Assembly: GCA_951406725.2 (NCBI GenBank)
Contig: OX597830.1
Location: 71,176,001 to 71,240,000, forward strand
Origin: Octopus vulgaris
Lineage: Eukaryota
Reading direction: 5' to 3'
DNA length: 64,000 nucleotides
Shown in pieces: positions 59,836-64,000 of this stretch. The position numbers and the translations under genes were made by a program. The notes under the pieces are model-generated. The model was given only the letters and a program-made list of their open reading frames with translations. It was not told where the DNA came from and searched no databases. How positions within the stretch are numbered: the first letter of the stretch is position 1; the number at the start of each line of letters is the position of its first letter.

Positions 59836-59996
59836 GAGACCGGTCTGTGTGATGTTCAAAGAGATTCGCTTTGCAGGATCAGTCCCATTGCGAGGTATCT
59901 TTGGAACGTGTTTTCTACTTCTACAACATTCCGAGCAGGGCAATGCCCTGCGAGTGGTTTCGGTAGACGGAAACTGTGTGGAGGCCTTTCATGTAT
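59836..59996 (+). mobile_element. SINE family A-like 5' half, decayed
   Basis: CAGTCCCATTGCG..GGTAGACGGAAACTG. Confidence 0.6.
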
Positions 59997-59998
59997 AC

Positions 59999-60150
59999 AC
60001 TAGCGTAGCTAGGGGTGGGGCGATCCGCAACGGTCGGAACTTTTATAGGGGCGGCAATTTTCGTCCTGAAAATTGCTGTGCTTTTTGTGTGGTCCGGGAA
60101 CGGCAAACGGAAGGGCCACCCCGGGTGGCACGTACTCTAGTGCATAACTG
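59999..60150. mobile_element. Possible hAT-type MITE
   Basis: GC-rich island with imperfect ends CACTAGCGTAGCTAG / CTAGTGCATAACTG. Confidence 0.35.
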
Positions 60151-60163
60151 TCTATCCATCTAT

Positions 60164-60233
<70 letters not shown>

Positions 60234-60434
60234 CTATATATATGTTTAATTATGTATTAATATTTAGCTGAAGAATCTGTAACTAAAGGGCCGAGAGTTT
60301 GGTTAGCTGGCACATGTCAAAGAGCCGACGCACAAAACTCTTCTTCATTCACTCTGTTGGCTCCGCTAAATATTAATAAAAATATACATATGCTCATATT
60401 TTTAGTTCTATGTTTCCTGTTTTCATCACTACAC

Positions 60435-60553
<119 letters not shown>

Positions 60554-60646
60554 GTGTATATATACATATATATGTAGATATGTGTGTATATATATATATA
60601 TATATGCATATACACATACATATATATATACACACAGGTATAGTGA

Positions 60647-60684
<38 letters not shown>

Positions 60685-60709
60685 TTTTCTATGTGCTTGT
60701 GTATGCCTT

Positions 60710-60882
60710 TGAGTTTGCTCTCCATTGCCATTTGATTGGTTCGGAAAAATAACCTCGATGAATTAGGTATCAGACTTAAAACCAGAATTACTACTGTGGT
60801 GGGGATCGATTCGTTCGACTAAGCCATTAACGGAACTGCCCCAGCATGGTCGGCACTCCATTGACTGAAATAAGTAAGAGAT
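60710..60882 (+). mobile_element. SINE family A 3' half, decayed
   Basis: GGGATCGATTCGTTCGACTAA..CCCCAGCATGG..TGACTGAAATAAGTAA. Confidence 0.6.
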
Positions 60883-61140
60883 CGAAGGTAATCTATCTTA
60901 AAACGAGCAACTTCCGTTCATTGTAACACAGGTGAAAGCGCCGGTGTCGATCTCGCTATCTTAGTAACACTTATGCGCTTATCGTTGACAGCCAACTACA
61001 AAGCTATTACTTGATTACCAGACCGCTAGAAATAGTAGTCAAATCAATATCAATCCGCATCCCTAAAGCGTAAGAAATGCATTTTAAAAATAACAGCATA
61101 CTGGATACCTTCTACGTTAAGAAAATAAAGTGAGTATATA

Positions 61141-61548
61141 GGCACAGGAGTGGCTGTGGGGTAAGTAGCTTACTAACCAACTACATCGCTCTGGGTTCAG
61201 TCCCACTGCGTGGCATCTTGGGCAAGTGTCTTCTGCTATAGCCCCGGGTCGACCAATGCCTTGTGAGTGGATTTGGTAGACGGAAACTGAAAGAAGCCTG
61301 TCGTATATATGTATATATATGTATGTGTGTGTTTGTGTGTCTGTGTTTGTCCCCCTAGCATTGCTTGACAACCGATGCTGGTGTGTTTACGTCCCCGTCA
61401 CTTAGCGGTTCGGCAAAAGACACCGATAGAATAAGCACTGGGCTTACAAAGAATAAGTCCCGGGGTCGAGTTGCACGATTAAAGGCGGTGCGCCAGCATG
61501 GCCGCAGTCAAATGACTGAAACAAGTAAAAGAGTAAAAGAGTAAAAGA
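61141..61548 (+). mobile_element. SINE family A, full length, flanked by 150 bp direct repeats
   Basis: Complete element; flanks 60990-61139 and 61548-61697 are near-identical. Confidence 0.95.
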
Positions 61549-62042
61549 GCCAACTACGAAGCTATTACTTGATTACCAGACCGCTAGAAATAGTAGTCAA
61601 ATCACTATCAATCCGCATCCCTAAAGTGTAAGAAATGCATTTTAAAAATAACAGCATACTGGATACTTTCCACGTTAGGAAAATAAAGTGAGTATATGTG
61701 TGTGTGTGTGTGTGGGGGGGATAAATATAGAAACGCGTGTTGGTCACGGTTAGCATGTCTTCAAGGAGGTCTAATGGATAAGAGATGACCCTTGGATGCA
61801 TAACGGCAGCGCTGAATTAAGCTTTAAGCAAAATACGCACTTGTTAAGGGTATCGCGGTAAGTGGGGTGGGGGCACCACAGAAATGACAAATGTTTTACG
61901 GTGCTAAAGAAATCTCTTTGAAATTGCGAAAATAATATTCGAAGTGGTTCATATGACTGCAAATATGATTATCAGATGTGTTACATAAGATTCATTTTTA
62001 GGATCTCATGAATCACTTTTCAGTAAAAAAAAAAGCAAAAAA

Positions 62043-62107
62043 AAACAACAAATGGCGGTGCCCCAGCATGGCCACAGCTCGTGAGCTGAAACTAGATAAA
62101 AAAAAAC
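62043..62107 (+). mobile_element. CR1-like LINE extreme 3' tail
   Basis: CAAATGGCGGTGCCCCAGCATGGCCACAGCTCGTGAGCTGAAACTAGATAAAAA. Confidence 0.75.
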
Positions 62108-62539
62108 AATAAAAAAAACAGTAGATGAAAAACTTTAAAATAGTAATTAAGTGGAACAATACAAAACTAAACATTATATTCCATCTTACAGTTGGTCTTG
62201 TTTAATTTTAAAAAAGAAAAATGTATTTTATGGTTCATTATTATCTATATTCTGAGTTATATATTATATTACATATAGGGGGCACCAAAATATTTTAAGT
62301 GCCTAGGCCCTCTATGAGTCTTAACCCGGTCCTACATAACGAAAATGTAAATAACCAAAATAATAGTTATTGTCGTAGTGCAATCAATACACACACGCAT
62401 ACACGCGCGCGCTCACACACACATGCATGTATATAAATTGTACATATCGATGTTTATAAAAGATTTATATCTGTATATTATATATTACACATATCTATTA
62501 TCTACATCTAATATACCTATATGATACATTATATGCATA

Positions 62540-62952
62540 TAGGCGGAGGAGTGGCTGTGTGGTAAGTAGCTTGCTTACCAACCACATGGTTCCGGGTTCA
62601 GTCCCACTGCGTGGCACCTTGGGCAAGTGTCTTCTACTATAGCCTCTGGCCGACCAAAGCCTTGTGAGTGGATTTGGTTGACGGAAACTGAAAGAAGCCC
62701 GTCGTATATATGTATATATATGTGTGTGTGTATATGTTTGTGTGTCTGTGTTTGTCCCACCAACATCGCTTGACAACCGATGCTGGTGTGTATATGTTCC
62801 CCGTTACTTAGCGGTTCGCCAAAAGAGACCGATAAGTACTGGGCTTACAAAAGAATAAGTCCCGGGGTCGAGTTGCTCGATTAAAGGGTTGTGCTCCAGC
62901 ATGGCCGCAGTCAAATGACTGAAACAAGTAAAAAAGAGTAAAAAAAAAGAGT
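62540..62952 (+). mobile_element. SINE family A, full length
   Basis: Head-to-tail alignment. Confidence 0.95.
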
Positions 62953-63016
62953 ATATGTATACCGTATATTTAATATAAGTGTACATACTGACATATACTA
63001 TTTATAAATATACACA

Positions 63017-63091
<75 letters not shown>

Positions 63092-63331
63092 TGAAACGCA
63101 GGTATGTATATTTTTCTTGGCAGTGACCTCTAAGTTTTGCTGGTCCTGGTTTCATTTTGTAGATTCTACGACTGGCCCAATTTCAAAATTACTTTAAATA
63201 AAATGATTTTAAAAAAACGGTGTATGCTGCATACGTAGACGACCTATAATCTGTCCAATTTCATAATTTATATGCATGTAAACACACCCGCACGCATACG
63301 CATATACATATATACATACATACATATATAT

Positions 63332-63420
63332 ATAATAAAATATTAGGGAATAAATCCAAACTTATAGGGAAAAATCAGATTTAGGATTAAATCCAATTTT
63401 ATAGTATAAATATATTATAT
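63332..63420 (-). mobile_element. Family P terminal fragment
   Basis: TATTAGGGAATAAATCCAAA..CAGATTTAGGATTAAATCCAATTTTATAGT matches 37700-37780. Confidence 0.85.
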
Positions 63421-63431
63421 TATATTATATT

Positions 63432-63477
<46 letters not shown>

Positions 63478-63665
63478 CTTTCATACATACCTACATATAT
63501 ATCAGTATATTTGTGTGTGTGTGTGTGAGTGTGCGCGTGTGAATGTGTAGTAGGTTACGCCTTGTAAATTTTAAAAATAAAACTGTCTGGGTGTCGGTGT
63601 ATGAATGTATTCGTATATGTAATTTCGGTTGTATATATATGTATATATATGTATATGTGTGTGTG

Positions 63666-63762
<97 letters not shown>

Positions 63763-64000
63763 TTACACACACACACATATACATATATACACAGATATGT
63801 GTATGCTTGTGTGTATGTGTGTGTATGCATGCTTTCATCTCCGTGTTTACGTGTTATGTTTATTTTCGCAAAATTAAACCAGAAAAAACAACAACAACAA
63901 AAAAACAAAAGAAGAAAGAGGAAAGAGAAAGGAACCCTTATTGGAGGAAAGATAAGGACATAACTACTACGTACGTAGAACAATTACTAAATGAAGATCA

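Noticed and set aside
61141-61215. tRNA gene (also the heads at 16435 and 47757)
   Set aside because: tRNA-like heads continue directly into SINE bodies; no complete cloverleaf or terminator.
61807-62333. Possible hAT-type MITE (also 35075-35500)
   Set aside because: Ends too degenerate to confirm TIRs or an 8 bp TSD by eye.

Overview
Eukaryotic, very AT- and microsatellite-rich window with no supportable intact protein-coding gene; nearly all ORF-track entries are translations of (TA)n/(CA)n/(TATG)n/trinucleotide arrays. The repeat repertoire looks like an octopus/cephalopod intron or intergenic region (inference from recalled SINE sequences, not verified). Identified content: about 20 tRNA-headed SINE copies from several families; remnants of CR1, Dong/R4, HERO and RTE-like non-LTR elements; a DD37D (maT) and a mariner remnant; MITEs. 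The main signal is a population of short non-coding elements from several unrelated families sitting in (TA)n tracts. They carry minimal type-I hammerhead ribozyme motifs (CUGAnGA...GAAA...UH, palindromic stem III) and often form head-to-head fold-backs, as expected for Penelope-like element terminal repeats or retrozyme-like RNAs. Coordinates were read by eye and may be off by a few bases.
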